64,000 nt of DNA, from IMG/VR virus record IMGVR_UViG_3300019776_000078, positions 3,384 to 67,383 of that record; one strand, written 5' to 3'. The notes below the pieces were generated by a model, which ran no database searches, was not told the origin of the DNA, and worked only from the letters and a program-made list of their open reading frames with translations. Both the position numbers and the translations under genes were made by a program. Below, in pieces: positions 63,809 to 64,000 of the stretch. This DNA is from a virus. Each line of letters begins with the position of its first letter. Position 1 is the stretch's first letter.

Positions 63809-64000
63809 ATGGCTATTTCTCGCGCCCAACTACTCAAAGAGTTGTTACCCGGATTGAACGCATTGTTCGGTTTAGAGTACGCTCGCTACGGTGAAGAGCA
63901 TAAAGAGATCTATGAAACAGAGACCTCTGAGCGTTCTTTCGAAGAAGAAACCAAATTGTCTGGCTTCAGCGCTGCTCCTGTCAAAAACGAAGGCTCTGCC
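63809..64000 (+). CDS. major capsid protein (5' part, runs off the window)
   Basis: AAGGAG RBS; MAISRAQLLKELLPGLNALFGLEY...SERSFEEE..LSGF..APVK.EG. Confidence 0.85.
   Translation, partial: MAISRAQLLKELLPGLNALFGLEYARYGEEHKEIYETETSERSFEEETKLSGFSAAPVKNEGSA

Noticed and set aside
1-64000. tRNA genes, integrase, DNA polymerase or alternative genetic code
   Set aside because: No cloverleaf or relevant motifs seen; long genes are intact with TAA, TAG and TGA all used as stops

Overview
The window is most of a tailed dsDNA phage genome with podovirus-like architecture (about 42% GC), probably circularly permuted. It starts just downstream of the head genes and ends inside the major capsid gene. Layout: (1) 1-31.8 kb (+): small basic proteins, connector/tail genes, a large array of paralogous short tail-fibre/receptor-binding proteins, lysis genes (holin, spanin, GH108 endolysin), a tail hub and ejection proteins, including an SLT transglycosylase and a 2011-aa polyvalent protein. 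(2) 33.5-45.6 kb (-): recombination genes (Ref-like nuclease, SSB-like, Sak3-like annealing protein, PD-(D/E)XK nuclease) and a six-gene glycan-modification cluster. (3) 45.6-51 kb (+): RusA, a dense regulatory/ncRNA region, ParB-like protein, helicase and primase-like Toprim. (4) 51-54.8 kb (-): small early genes with an intergenic hammerhead ribozyme. (5) 55.1-64 kb (+): terS, LexA-like HTH, terL, portal, GroES, scaffold and capsid. Five free-standing HNH endonucleases sit at gene junctions. No integrase, DNA polymerase, tRNA, CRISPR array or reverse transcriptase is visible. Highlights: a type II hammerhead ribozyme; a c4-like antisense RNA with its cognate target sites; an anti-Shine-Dalgarno sRNA candidate; a PhaR-like operator on a phasin-like mini-gene; an SOS box before terS; parS-like palindromes; and the glycosylation/radical-SAM cluster. 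A betaproteobacterial (Burkholderiales-like) freshwater host is an inference. All family calls are from motif recognition by eye, not database searches.
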